Positions 28,798-37,729 of a stretch of 39,237 nucleotides of DNA are shown piece after piece. How positions within the stretch are numbered: position 1 is the first letter of the stretch; each line of letters starts with the position of its first letter. Both the position numbers and the translations under genes were made by a program. Location of the stretch: assembly GCA_027001995.1 (NCBI GenBank), contig JALTLO010000076.1, positions 22,534 to 61,770 of the forward strand, read 5' to 3'. Below the pieces are notes generated by a model that did no database searches, had not been told where the DNA came from, and saw only the letters and a program-made list of their open reading frames with translations. The DNA is from Planctomycetota bacterium (GTDB lineage Bacteria; Planctomycetota; GCA-002687715; DRQF01).

Positions 28798-30453
28798 ATG
28801 ATGATTGCGTCCTATTGGCAAAGAATCGCATTGATTGCATTTTTCTACTCGTTGGTTTCGACAGTTGGTTTTGCTCAACTCATCCCGACCTATGGTTACT
28901 TTGGAATCGGTGTAGGAGCCCGGCTTGGACAGTCCGTAAGCGGCGCAGGCGATGTCAACAATGACGGCTATGACGACGTCATCGTGGGCTCCCCCGGCGA
29001 CAACACGGCTTTTCTGCGAGCTGGAAAAGCCACTGTCTACTCGGGTTTCGATGGAACCGTGATCCATTCGTTCTTCGGTAGCTTTTACCTCAACCAATTT
29101 GGACATCAGGTCAGTGGCCTGGGTGATTTGGACGGCGATGGGTTCGACGATGTCGTCGTCACCGACTTTCCCCTCATGAGCGGCAGCCCTCCCGGGTCGG
29201 CGAGAGTCTATTCGGGCCAAACAGGTGCCATGATTGCAATCTACCTGGGGGACGCCGTGACCGACGAGTTCGGTGGTAGCGTCAGTGGAGCAGGCGATGT
29301 CGACGGCGACGGTATACCAGACATCGTTGTTGGAGCAAAATCCGATAGCAACAACGGGACGTATTCTGGCAATGCCCGAGTTATCTCTGGAGCCAACGGC
29401 TTAACACTCTATTCATTCGACGGTAACTTCGGATTCGTAAGTTTCGGTCATTCGGTCAGCGGTGCTGGTGACGTCAACGGTGATGGTTTCGATGACATAA
29501 TCGTAGGAGCTCCAAACGAGACGCCTTTTGCCTCGGCCTCCAATTCTGGCGCCGCTCATGTTTTCTCCGGAGCGAACGGGAGCATCCTCCATACCTTCTA
29601 TGGAATTGGCTCATTCGGTTACACAGTCAGCAACGCCGGTGATGTTGATCACGACGGTTTCGCCGACGTCATCGTTGGCGCACCCCACGAGCAATCGCCG
29701 ACGCTTTTCGGCGCTGGTGGAAGTGCGACTGTTTTCTCGGGCCAAACGGGAGCTATCATCACGAAGTTTTTTGGCGCGAGTATCACAGCACGCTTCGGAG
29801 AAGACGTCAGCGATTGTGGTGATGTCAACGGAGATGGGAACCCTGACATCTTAGTTTGCGAAGTTGGTAACAATTTCATTCTACCAAGCGTTCATATTTT
29901 CACCGGCACTGGGGGAGCGCCAATTGAGACGATTGCTGCTCCCTTCGGAACTGGCAGCGACATCCGTGCGAGCGGCGCCGGAGATTTGAATCGAGATGGG
30001 TTCTCTGACATCGTCATCGGTCGACAATATGCCACTGATTTCGGCAAAGTGAATGTCCTCATGGCAACGACTCTCCCCGTCCTGAAATATCACTCGTCCC
30101 AGGGCTTGGACAGGATCAACTTAGAATGGCAACCACTTGGGGGCAGTCTCAGTAGCTTCAAAGGTTTCCTTGCTGGCAGCGGAGCAAGCTCCAACGCTTT
30201 AGGTCTCTATGGGGTCAGCTTGGCACGAGCAGACAATCTCGCATTCGGATTTCCACTACTCATTGCCATCGACACTACGGTCAATCTCATTGACAGCGGC
30301 ACGTTCAACTTCGACAATCTTGGAACCTTCGCAACGGGAATCATTGATCGTCAACAACCCGCTATTGCTGGTATCCTGATTCACATCCAATGGTTCGAAA
30401 TAAGCCCCAACCCTGAGAGTTCCAATGCTATTCGTCTGAGGATGGAACCCTAG
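28798..30453 (+). CDS. Secreted integrin-alpha-like FG-GAP beta-propeller protein with a C-terminal beta domain
   Basis: Signal peptide, then seven FGxSVSGAGDVxGDGxxDxxVGAP repeats. Confidence 0.92.
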   Translation: MMIASYWQRIALIAFFYSLVSTVGFAQLIPTYGYFGIGVGARLGQSVSGAGDVNNDGYDDVIVGSPGDNTAFLRAGKATVYSGFDGTVIHSFFGSFYLNQFGHQVSGLGDLDGDGFDDVVVTDFPLMSGSPPGSARVYSGQTGAMIAIYLGDAVTDEFGGSVSGAGDVDGDGIPDIVVGAKSDSNNGTYSGNARVISGANGLTLYSFDGNFGFVSFGHSVSGAGDVNGDGFDDIIVGAPNETPFASASNSGAAHVFSGANGSILHTFYGIGSFGYTVSNAGDVDHDGFADVIVGAPHEQSPTLFGAGGSATVFSGQTGAIITKFFGASITARFGEDVSDCGDVNGDGNPDILVCEVGNNFILPSVHIFTGTGGAPIETIAAPFGTGSDIRASGAGDLNRDGFSDIVIGRQYATDFGKVNVLMATTLPVLKYHSSQGLDRINLEWQPLGGSLSSFKGFLAGSGASSNALGLYGVSLARADNLAFGFPLLIAIDTTVNLIDSGTFNFDNLGTFATGIIDRQQPAIAGILIHIQWFEISPNPESSNAIRLRMEP

Positions 30454-30479
30454 AATCTTCGACTCAGCAAGAGCCTTAG

Positions 30480-32378
30480 TCAAACTTCAAGTTGGACGCC
30501 GATTTCGACAACGCGATCAGCCGGCACACCAAAATGTCGGCTGGCATCGTGGGCATTGCGGGACATCCAAACGAATAGTCGTTTGCGCCAAAGGGGCATT
30601 TTCCCGGTTGAGTCGATCCGCAATGACTCGCGGCTCAGAAAGAAAGTCGTAGCCTTCCGCGGAAACGGAACTCCCTTCTTTTCGCATTGAGTGAGTATGC
30701 GCGCCATGTTGGGTTGCTGCATGAAGCCGTAGTGGGCAAATATCCTAAAGATGCCTTCTCCAATTTCTTCAACTTCAACTCGTTTCTCGGATCGTACTCG
30801 GGGCGTCGGCTCGGTAATAATATGCAAAAGGCCAATTCTCTCGTGAAGCACCTTGTTGTGATCAAGGTTGTGGCACAAAGCACTGGGGACTCCATCGGAA
30901 TGACCAGTCAGATAGATCGCGCAATCTGGTACCCTTGGAGTCGCGTTCTCTTCAATGGTCTCCAACAATCTCGACACGGGAATCATCTTGGATTTGATGC
31001 GACGATTGAGAACCAAGCGTCCTTGTCTCCACGTTGTCATGAGCAACAAAGCAAGTGCGCCCACAACCAAAGGAATCCACCCTCCCGCAAAGATTTTGGT
31101 GAGATTGGCGGCGAAGAATGCAAGATCAATGATGAGAAAAATCCCCATGGCAATGGAACTGCTGATCTTAGACCAACCCCATTTCTCGCGAGCCACGACG
31201 TAGAGTAGAATGGTCGTAATCACCATGGTTGTCGTTACCGCCATGCCATAGGCCGCAGCCAAGTTGCTGGATGTCTGAAAAACGAAAACCAAAGTCACAA
31301 CGGCGGCGAATAGGATCCAATTCAAAGATGGAACATAGATTTGACCGCGCTCAAAGCTTGACGTTTGGACGATATTCAGTCGGGGACTGTAGCCAAGTTG
31401 GACAGCTTGGCGCGCCAACGAAAATCCGCCAGTAATGACGGCCTGCGACGCAGTAATTGTTGCCGCAGTTGCCAATAACACAAGGGGGATCTTGGCCCAT
31501 GACGGAGCCATGAGATAAAAGGGGTTAGTATGGGCTTCGGGCCGACTGAGCAGCAAGGCGCCTTGACCAAAATAGTTGATCAAGAGTGAAGGAAGCACAA
31601 CGGTAAACCAAGCCAAGCGAATGGGCTTGACACCGAAATGCCCCATATCAGCGTAAAGCGCTTCTCCTCCCGTAACCACCAGAAAAACGACTCCCAGAAT
31701 GACAAATCCAGCCCATCGATTGAGCATGAGGAATTGCATTGCGTAGCTTGGGTCAATCGCCCGCAGCACATCTGGTTGTTCGACTAAGGCACTCAACCCC
31801 AGGGCCCCGAGTGTGAGGAACCACATGAACATGATGGGCCCAAAGACGCCGCCGATTCGTGCAGTTCCACGATGCTGGAAGAAAAACAGGCCGAATAGAA
31901 TCGCCAGTGTAATGGGCAAGACAAAAGAGTCCAATGCGGGTGTGGCAACATGGAGGCCCTCCACAGCGCTCAAGACGGATATAGCTGGGGTTATCATGCC
32001 ATCACCTAAAAGAAGGCCAGCTCCGAACAACCCCAGAACCATCATCCATGGGCGCTCATTCCTTCTCTTCCCCCCAGCGGCCAAAGCTAAGAGAGCGAGA
32101 ATGCCCCCTTCTCCATGATTGTCCGCCCTCATTACAATACCCAGATATTTGATGCAAATGACAACCAAGAGTGACCACGAAATAAGCGACAGAACACCCA
32201 GAATATTGGCTTCAGACAATGAAACTGCTGCAGGCCCGTGAAAGCACTCACGCATGGCGTAAAGGGGACTTGTTCCGATGTCCCCATAGACGACGCCGAG
32301 GGCAGTCAGGGTGACGATTCCGAGCTTCTTACCTTGAGGATGACCATTGTCAGAGCCAATTCGATTCGCGCCCATCAC
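30480..32378 (-). CDS. kup: KUP/HAK/KT potassium uptake transporter
   Basis: LGVVYGDIGTSPLYA, ADNHGEGG, GDGMITPAISVLSAVEG, TGGEALYADMGHFG, GQIYVP. SD GGGAGG. Confidence 0.97.
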   Translation of the reverse strand: MMGANRIGSDNGHPQGKKLGIVTLTALGVVYGDIGTSPLYAMRECFHGPAAVSLSEANILGVLSLISWSLLVVICIKYLGIVMRADNHGEGGILALLALAAGGKRRNERPWMMVLGLFGAGLLLGDGMITPAISVLSAVEGLHVATPALDSFVLPITLAILFGLFFFQHRGTARIGGVFGPIMFMWFLTLGALGLSALVEQPDVLRAIDPSYAMQFLMLNRWAGFVILGVVFLVVTGGEALYADMGHFGVKPIRLAWFTVVLPSLLINYFGQGALLLSRPEAHTNPFYLMAPSWAKIPLVLLATAATITASQAVITGGFSLARQAVQLGYSPRLNIVQTSSFERGQIYVPSLNWILFAAVVTLVFVFQTSSNLAAAYGMAVTTTMVITTILLYVVAREKWGWSKISSSIAMGIFLIIDLAFFAANLTKIFAGGWIPLVVGALALLLMTTWRQGRLVLNRRIKSKMIPVSRLLETIEENATPRVPDCAIYLTGHSDGVPSALCHNLDHNKVLHERIGLLHIITEPTPRVRSEKRVEVEEIGEGIFRIFAHYGFMQQPNMARILTQCEKKGVPFPRKATTFFLSRESLRIDSTGKMPLWRKRLFVWMSRNAHDASRHFGVPADRVVEIGVQLEV

Positions 32379-32572
32379 TTCGACCCTCCCGTGTGTCTAC
32401 TATCGGACCATCTGCTAAGCACGCTAATACCGTATCAAACAAGATTCTCAAATCATTCATTGAAAGAAAAAGCCATTTGATCTCACCGACGGAAGAAAAC
32501 CACCACCGCCCAACAATTGAGCACAAACGGCGTCACTCAAGCCACAGTAAAGAAAGTTCTTCACAAGAAAAC

Positions 32573-33250
32573 CTAACCCAGACTACGTTGGAGAATACGC
32601 CCGCGGAGTAATTGACTCCGAACTCGCAACAACTCTTCAAAGTTCGGCACATGAACATGCAGGGGGATCTTGACCAATCGTTCATCTCGTTGGCCAAAGG
32701 GCGGAGCTGGACTCACGGAGAAGAGCTCAGGCCAGCTACGCAAAGGGCAACTATAAAATATACGATCGGCAGGACCTGACGCCCCCCACCATTCATGGAC
32801 CTTCTCATTGATGTCGACTAAGTGCTGCTGGGCATTGCGCAAGCGCAACCGCGATCCGTATCGTGACTTCCCCTTGGTCTTGGCATAAAGAGTTTGGGAA
32901 CGACCTCGACCACGGACGACGTAGGTCTTGATCACTTTGTGATGGATGACATCTTCACCGCACCACCACCCAAGCGCTGCTGCCCCTGCCTGAATCAGTA
33001 CCATGAGTTGGTCGCCCAAAACATCATCCAGCTGAGCGACGTATTTGAGAGGGTCCTGAGTCTCACTCGTCAGTGGAAAACAGGGAGGAGCATGAAACTC
33101 GAGAGCCGGGCGGCCTCCGACGTCATCTGAAGAAACAAAGTAATTGCCATTCGGACTTGCAACCATGTGACGCTGAGCAATCAGGGCGCCTAAACGAGCG
33201 GCGCAATCTTGCCAAAGAAAACTCTCTTGGTGTACGGAGTCCTCGTTCAT
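32573..33250 (-). CDS. Vms1/ANKZF1-like release factor (bVLRF1 family), putative ribosome-rescue factor
   Basis: LIQAGAAALG...HHKVIKTYVVRGRGRSQ...KTKGKSRYGSRLRLRN...IPLHVHVPNFEEL parallels the VLRF1 pattern HKxxxxYxxRxxQGxxQ...SxGSxLRxxN...RxPT. Candidate catalytic Gln119. Confidence 0.8.
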   Translation of the reverse strand: MNEDSVHQESFLWQDCAARLGALIAQRHMVASPNGNYFVSSDDVGGRPALEFHAPPCFPLTSETQDPLKYVAQLDDVLGDQLMVLIQAGAAALGWWCGEDVIHHKVIKTYVVRGRGRSQTLYAKTKGKSRYGSRLRLRNAQQHLVDINEKVHEWWGASGPADRIFYSCPLRSWPELFSVSPAPPFGQRDERLVKIPLHVHVPNFEELLRVRSQLLRGRILQRSLG

Positions 33251-33616
33251 GACACCTACGGCCCTTAACTATCGCCAAGTTCTTCGCCAGCATGACTTTA
33301 GTCGGAGGAGTTTCCCCTGTCCAGTACTGCGTCCCCATCCCCGCAGTTTGTTTTTAGAAGACTGAACTGTCGGCTTGGCTGGTCTCTCCAAAAGACTATC
33401 ACTTGCGAGACCAGAACGCTCCCTGATTTCTTCAGGGAGAAACCACAGATCGCATGCTCTTTCCCATGGCATAACTGACAATGACAGCCTCACTTCAAAC
33501 AAGAATCGTGCCGGATGATTTCGAGCTCATCAGAAACGGTCCATTCGAATCGGGAGTGATCAATGAACAATGCCAGGTCGCTGATTCTTCTCTAGTCCAC
33601 TTTCCAGAGATTCCCA

Positions 33617-36403
33617 TCATTTATTCGCCTTCAAAGCTTTTTCTTTTTCCAAGTAAGAGCGTCCGTGAGTCAACCATCTGGGAGCGCCCTTTCCTTTAAG
33701 GTAGTGATCAAAAAACTGGCGCAGCCGTTTCTGAAAATCAATCTGATTGACTCGCTTTCTCAATCCATGGCCCTCTCCGGGATAAGACAAAAGCACGGGA
33801 TTCTTGCCGTTAAAACGCAGAGCATTGAAGAGGTCAACAGCTTGAATCCAGGGAACCGTCCCATCTTTGGTTCCGTGCAAGAGCATCAATGGAGTGCTAT
33901 TGGAGCGTACGTGGTTAACTGGAGACTGGTCGAGATAAAGTTCTAAATTGTCGTAGGGGTTAGTCCCGTAGCGTCCTTGTCCAAAAATGTCGTAGCGGTG
34001 GTTATCATGACCACCGCGAGGCCAAAGGCTGTTGAAGTCGTTTAAGAGATTCGTTGTAGCGGCGCCAGCAAGTACGGCGGCAAACATTTTGGAGCGCATC
34101 GCAATATAGGCTGCCCCCATGCCAGAGAAGCTATGACCATGAAGCCCGACCCGCTTAGGATCAGCATATCCCATCTCGATCACCTTCTTCACAGCAGCCT
34201 CAACACACTCCAGCATGTCATCTCCGGTCTTGCCTATATTGAAATGAACATCTGGCTGCATCACGAGATAACCATTGCTTAGGTATCCAGCGAAATTGGG
34301 AGAGCCAGAGTGGCGTGGTGTGGGATAAAGATGGAGATTCTGCGACTTCTTTTCGTAAAAGTTCACCAACATGGGCAACTTTTGCCCCTCTTTGTAGCTA
34401 TCGGGAATACCCAACGTACCTTGCAGCCGAACACCATCCGCGTTCTTGTAATCAAAGAGAATCCGTCGTCCCCAGGAGAATTCAACTTGCTGGGGGTTGG
34501 CATCAGTAAAACGCTTAGGCATCGAGAAATCCATGTTCGACCGATAGTAGTTGGGAAATTCACTAAATGTCTGAATGGTGAAAATTACAACGTCAGCTTG
34601 TCTCGCTTTCGTGGGACGGGACACCCGTTTATCGAGGAAGAGCCGCTGCTTGAGCTCCCCACTATCCAAAGTGAAGAATCCTGACTTCTTGGTCCAGAAA
34701 CCTGTGGCCGACAACAAAATGGGCTTCGTGCAGTCGATGAACTTAGCCTCGCGATCCGTCTTGATGTAACGAAAAACAATCTCTTCTTTCGCTCCACGGC
34801 CCCCCGTCAAATTTTTGGCAGGGCCACCTGCCAGTGGTTGGAGATAAAGGTCATAACGGTGGTTCAAAATGACCGCCTTTTTGTCCTTCGTCCAGCCAGA
34901 CACACCATAGGGTGGCTTAGTGCCAAAACGATCATACTGCTCATTGACAAAGCTTATGCCTGAATTCTCGGTCAGATTGCGGTGCCTATCAGAGGCAATT
35001 TCATAGAGCCAAATGTGCCCTTCCTTCCAATAGAGGTAGTGCTGACTATCGGGGGATAGTCCTAAAGTCCGTCCCTGGGCCTTGAGGATCAAGTTCCTTT
35101 TGCCGGTCTCAGTATTGACTCGATAGTAATCGCCCTTGGATTCCTGCCACTGGTTGGAATAGGCTCGGCGATCAATTCCAATGCCCCATTTTCCATCTCG
35201 AGTCATGGAAATCGATTCCATTTTGTCACTCGACAAGGGGAAGAAAGTGCCTTGATTCAAGTTGAGGACACCACGATACGTTTTCTTTCGGGCAGTGGCA
35301 ATGCGTGCTTTCTGAGCAGACTGGAGCTGACGATCCTTCCAATGCCAGATATCGACGTCAGCTACTTGAGGAGACTTCTTCTTTTTCCTCCCCTTGGTTG
35401 CATTCTTCTTTTCTCCCTCTTCATGCTCCTTGGATTCGATCTTTTTCTTTTCATCGCCTGCTTTTCGTTCTTGCTTCTTAATCCCAAAGAACACTTTGCT
35501 GGCATCCGCATTGAAGGAAATAGACCCGGATTCACTGACGACCTGATCCTTGGGGAAGTCCGCAGATTCTGCTGGAACAAATTCAACCTTCTTCAACTCA
35601 CCGCCAACATTTCTGAACACAAGGAGCGAGTTCTCTTTGTAAACGCTCCCCTTCTTCTCGACTCCCTTCAGTACCGCAATCGCTTTGCCGTCTTCGTCCC
35701 AGATCATCTTTTCGTAGTCAGCCTTGCCGTTATCAAGTGGTCTCCGAATCCCGGTTTCGAGATCAAGTAGGTAAAGACCGTTTCCAACTTTGTCGGCAGC
35801 GGATACGGTGTAGGCTAGATGGCTTCCGGGCTTGTTGAAGGCAAGACTCGAGACACTTCCTATGAGTTCCTCATAGCCTTTCTCAAGGTGACGCAAGATG
35901 AGGTCCGTGCCTTTATGTTTAGCGTCCTTGGACGTCTTCACTCGCCGAATCGCGAGAAACTTCGACCCCTTGGAAAACATGAGTGCGCTGACGCCATCCC
36001 AAGTAATCTTATCACCGGTAGAAAGATTCATGAGCTCGCCCTTGTGAATGACAGGCTTCTTGGATTTCTTCAGTTTTTCAGCTTCTTCGAAAGGAACACT
36101 CAAAATGTAAGACACCCACTTAGAGTCGTCCGAAAGGAGTGCCCGGGAGCCCCGCTCAATTTTGTGCACCTTCTTTGTTTCGGGATGTTTAACAAAGAGA
36201 CTCCCGTCTTTTTCTCTTTGAGTCAGACTGTATGTCACCCATGAACCATCTTCAGAAACGGATGCAGCACCAATGCGCCGCCACTGAGCATACTCGTCAA
36301 TAGAAAGTGCTCTCTTGCTCGTAGATTCTTGACCCAAAACTTGGCCACAAGTGAGCGCGGACAAAACCACGAACAACAACGTTGGTAGGAAAACAGAGCG
36401 CAT
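33617..36403 (-). CDS. S9 family (prolyl oligopeptidase / acylaminoacyl-peptidase) serine peptidase, exported
   Basis: Signal peptide and beta-propeller region. Catalytic triad motifs GHSFSG, HGTKDGTV and GEGHG. Confidence 0.93.
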   Translation of the reverse strand: MRSVFLPTLLFVVLSALTCGQVLGQESTSKRALSIDEYAQWRRIGAASVSEDGSWVTYSLTQREKDGSLFVKHPETKKVHKIERGSRALLSDDSKWVSYILSVPFEEAEKLKKSKKPVIHKGELMNLSTGDKITWDGVSALMFSKGSKFLAIRRVKTSKDAKHKGTDLILRHLEKGYEELIGSVSSLAFNKPGSHLAYTVSAADKVGNGLYLLDLETGIRRPLDNGKADYEKMIWDEDGKAIAVLKGVEKKGSVYKENSLLVFRNVGGELKKVEFVPAESADFPKDQVVSESGSISFNADASKVFFGIKKQERKAGDEKKKIESKEHEEGEKKNATKGRKKKKSPQVADVDIWHWKDRQLQSAQKARIATARKKTYRGVLNLNQGTFFPLSSDKMESISMTRDGKWGIGIDRRAYSNQWQESKGDYYRVNTETGKRNLILKAQGRTLGLSPDSQHYLYWKEGHIWLYEIASDRHRNLTENSGISFVNEQYDRFGTKPPYGVSGWTKDKKAVILNHRYDLYLQPLAGGPAKNLTGGRGAKEEIVFRYIKTDREAKFIDCTKPILLSATGFWTKKSGFFTLDSGELKQRLFLDKRVSRPTKARQADVVIFTIQTFSEFPNYYRSNMDFSMPKRFTDANPQQVEFSWGRRILFDYKNADGVRLQGTLGIPDSYKEGQKLPMLVNFYEKKSQNLHLYPTPRHSGSPNFAGYLSNGYLVMQPDVHFNIGKTGDDMLECVEAAVKKVIEMGYADPKRVGLHGHSFSGMGAAYIAMRSKMFAAVLAGAATTNLLNDFNSLWPRGGHDNHRYDIFGQGRYGTNPYDNLELYLDQSPVNHVRSNSTPLMLLHGTKDGTVPWIQAVDLFNALRFNGKNPVLLSYPGEGHGLRKRVNQIDFQKRLRQFFDHYLKGKGAPRWLTHGRSYLEKEKALKANK

Positions 36404-36728
36404 AGTTTTTCTCTTGATTGGTCATAGGTGGGTTTCCCAAGAACGGGAAACATTGCCGTATCAACTGAAGCAGCCAATTTCGGCGTCGAACCATCAACCT
36501 TACGAAACCAATTACCGCGTGTCCAACCGCACTGAATGTCTCCAAGATGGATCGATGGAGACTACAATGCGCCTTAGGATTTCTTAGTTCTTGTCGGTGA
36601 GCAATACTTGCAGGTTAGAGGATTCGGATGTATCGTCGCAAGATGAACCCTCAGCTGTAACGGATTCAAGACAAATACCTGATCCTGAAACATCCTCAGC
36701 TATTCGCAGAATTCTGTTGGACAATTTA

Positions 36729-36810
36729 GACGTCAAACCAGACAACATCATCGTCGGGGCCTACGGCGAGAACTGAGAATGCGGACTTCCTTGGATTTGG
36801 TCGCGACAAG
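36729..36810 (+). pseudogene. Degenerate remnant of a Hanks-type Ser/Thr kinase catalytic loop
   Basis: DVKPDNIIVGAYGE (36729-36770) matches kinase subdomain VIb (DLKPxNIxVGxFGE). It is followed by a stop and TTGGATTTGG, which is one base short of L-D-F-G. Confidence 0.45.
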
Positions 36811-36872
36811 ATAGCCGCCGCGAAACCCAAGACACGGGTTTGCCAAGTTCTGCCCTGATACGATAGAGCCTG

Positions 36873-37334
36873 GTGACAACGGGAGAGCAAGAATTGACTG
36901 ACATACGTATCGAACGCCGCGATTTGACGGTGAAAGAGACCAATCGAATGAACTCAGGGTTCGACGAACTTTCACTCAAAGAAGGTGTCGAATTGGAAAG
37001 TTCCGAACGATTCAGTTTTGTGGCATCAAGAGAAAACGAGTTCGTCGGCTGTTCTTCAGGTCTCGCGTTCAGAAATGGTGAACACTACTCCGGTTGGTTT
37101 CATGTTACCGATCTATTCGTGGAGCAAGCAAGTCGTTCGAAAGGCTTAGGGGCAGAACTGCTGCGCAATCTAGAAGTTCAAATGAAAGATCTTGGGATAA
37201 GACATGTTTTCCTTTGGACTTCCGGCGACAAGGCACTGAGATTCTATGAGCGAGAAGGATATCGAAAATTCACCGAAATGGAGAGTTGGTATTCCGATGG
37301 ACGCAGTCGAGTTGGTTTGCGGAAAGACTTCTAA
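36873..37334 (+). CDS. GNAT family N-acetyltransferase
   Basis: VTDLFVEQASRSKGLGAELL acetyl-CoA motif A, and ALRFYEREGY. Confidence 0.92.
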   Translation: MTTGEQELTDIRIERRDLTVKETNRMNSGFDELSLKEGVELESSERFSFVASRENEFVGCSSGLAFRNGEHYSGWFHVTDLFVEQASRSKGLGAELLRNLEVQMKDLGIRHVFLWTSGDKALRFYEREGYRKFTEMESWYSDGRSRVGLRKDF

Positions 37335-37419
37335 ACTGGGGGAAGATCAGATGCCATCGATAGCAGATAGTAGGATTCTTGCAATTGGGGGTCGTGTGTT
37401 ACTGGCTTGTACATGTCAA

Positions 37420-37449
37420 GAAAGGGAAAGTCGTCCGTGACGAACGACT
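37420..37449 (-). terminator. Possible terminator hairpin
   Basis: Minus strand AGTCGTTCG-tca-CGGACGACT followed by TTCCCTTTCTT. It lies between convergent genes. Confidence 0.4.
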
Positions 37450-37729
37450 CGGCGGTCTTTTATCCTTCTATCGTCGCGCTGCCTGAAACCACCTTGGTTG
37501 GCGAAATTTTGTCTGTCTCGCGCCCGCCGTCCATCTAAATTCGGAACGTTGACAAGTTCGGTGCCAGTCACCGAAGCCTTGTCGACGCAAACCGAAAAGC
37601 CGAATCCGCCTATCCCCTTCCACCGACGTTCGCCTGGCCGCAAAGTGACATCGGCTGACTTCTTGCCCGCTACGGGCTCGAATCCCTGCTCTTGACTTTA
37701 TCAAAGCCACGGATATTTGGGGGAGCCTT

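Noticed and set aside
23244..30453. Repeated GGCGATGTCGACGGCGAC-like DNA as a CRISPR array or tandem repeat
   Set aside because: These are degenerate coding repeats of the FG-GAP DxDGDG motif, not identical repeats with spacers.
32379..32572. c-di-AMP (ydaO) riboswitch expected upstream of kup
   Set aside because: I could not find the conserved ydaO sequence elements or a matching structure.
33360..33400. Glycine riboswitch suggested by minus-strand TGGAGAGACC
   Set aside because: The downstream CCGAAG and CTCTCAGG elements are absent.
37660..37700. tRNA suggested by GGGCTCGAATCCC
   Set aside because: Only a 3-bp stem, the loop is CTCGAAT rather than TTCGAAT, and no D arm, anticodon arm or acceptor stem can be built.
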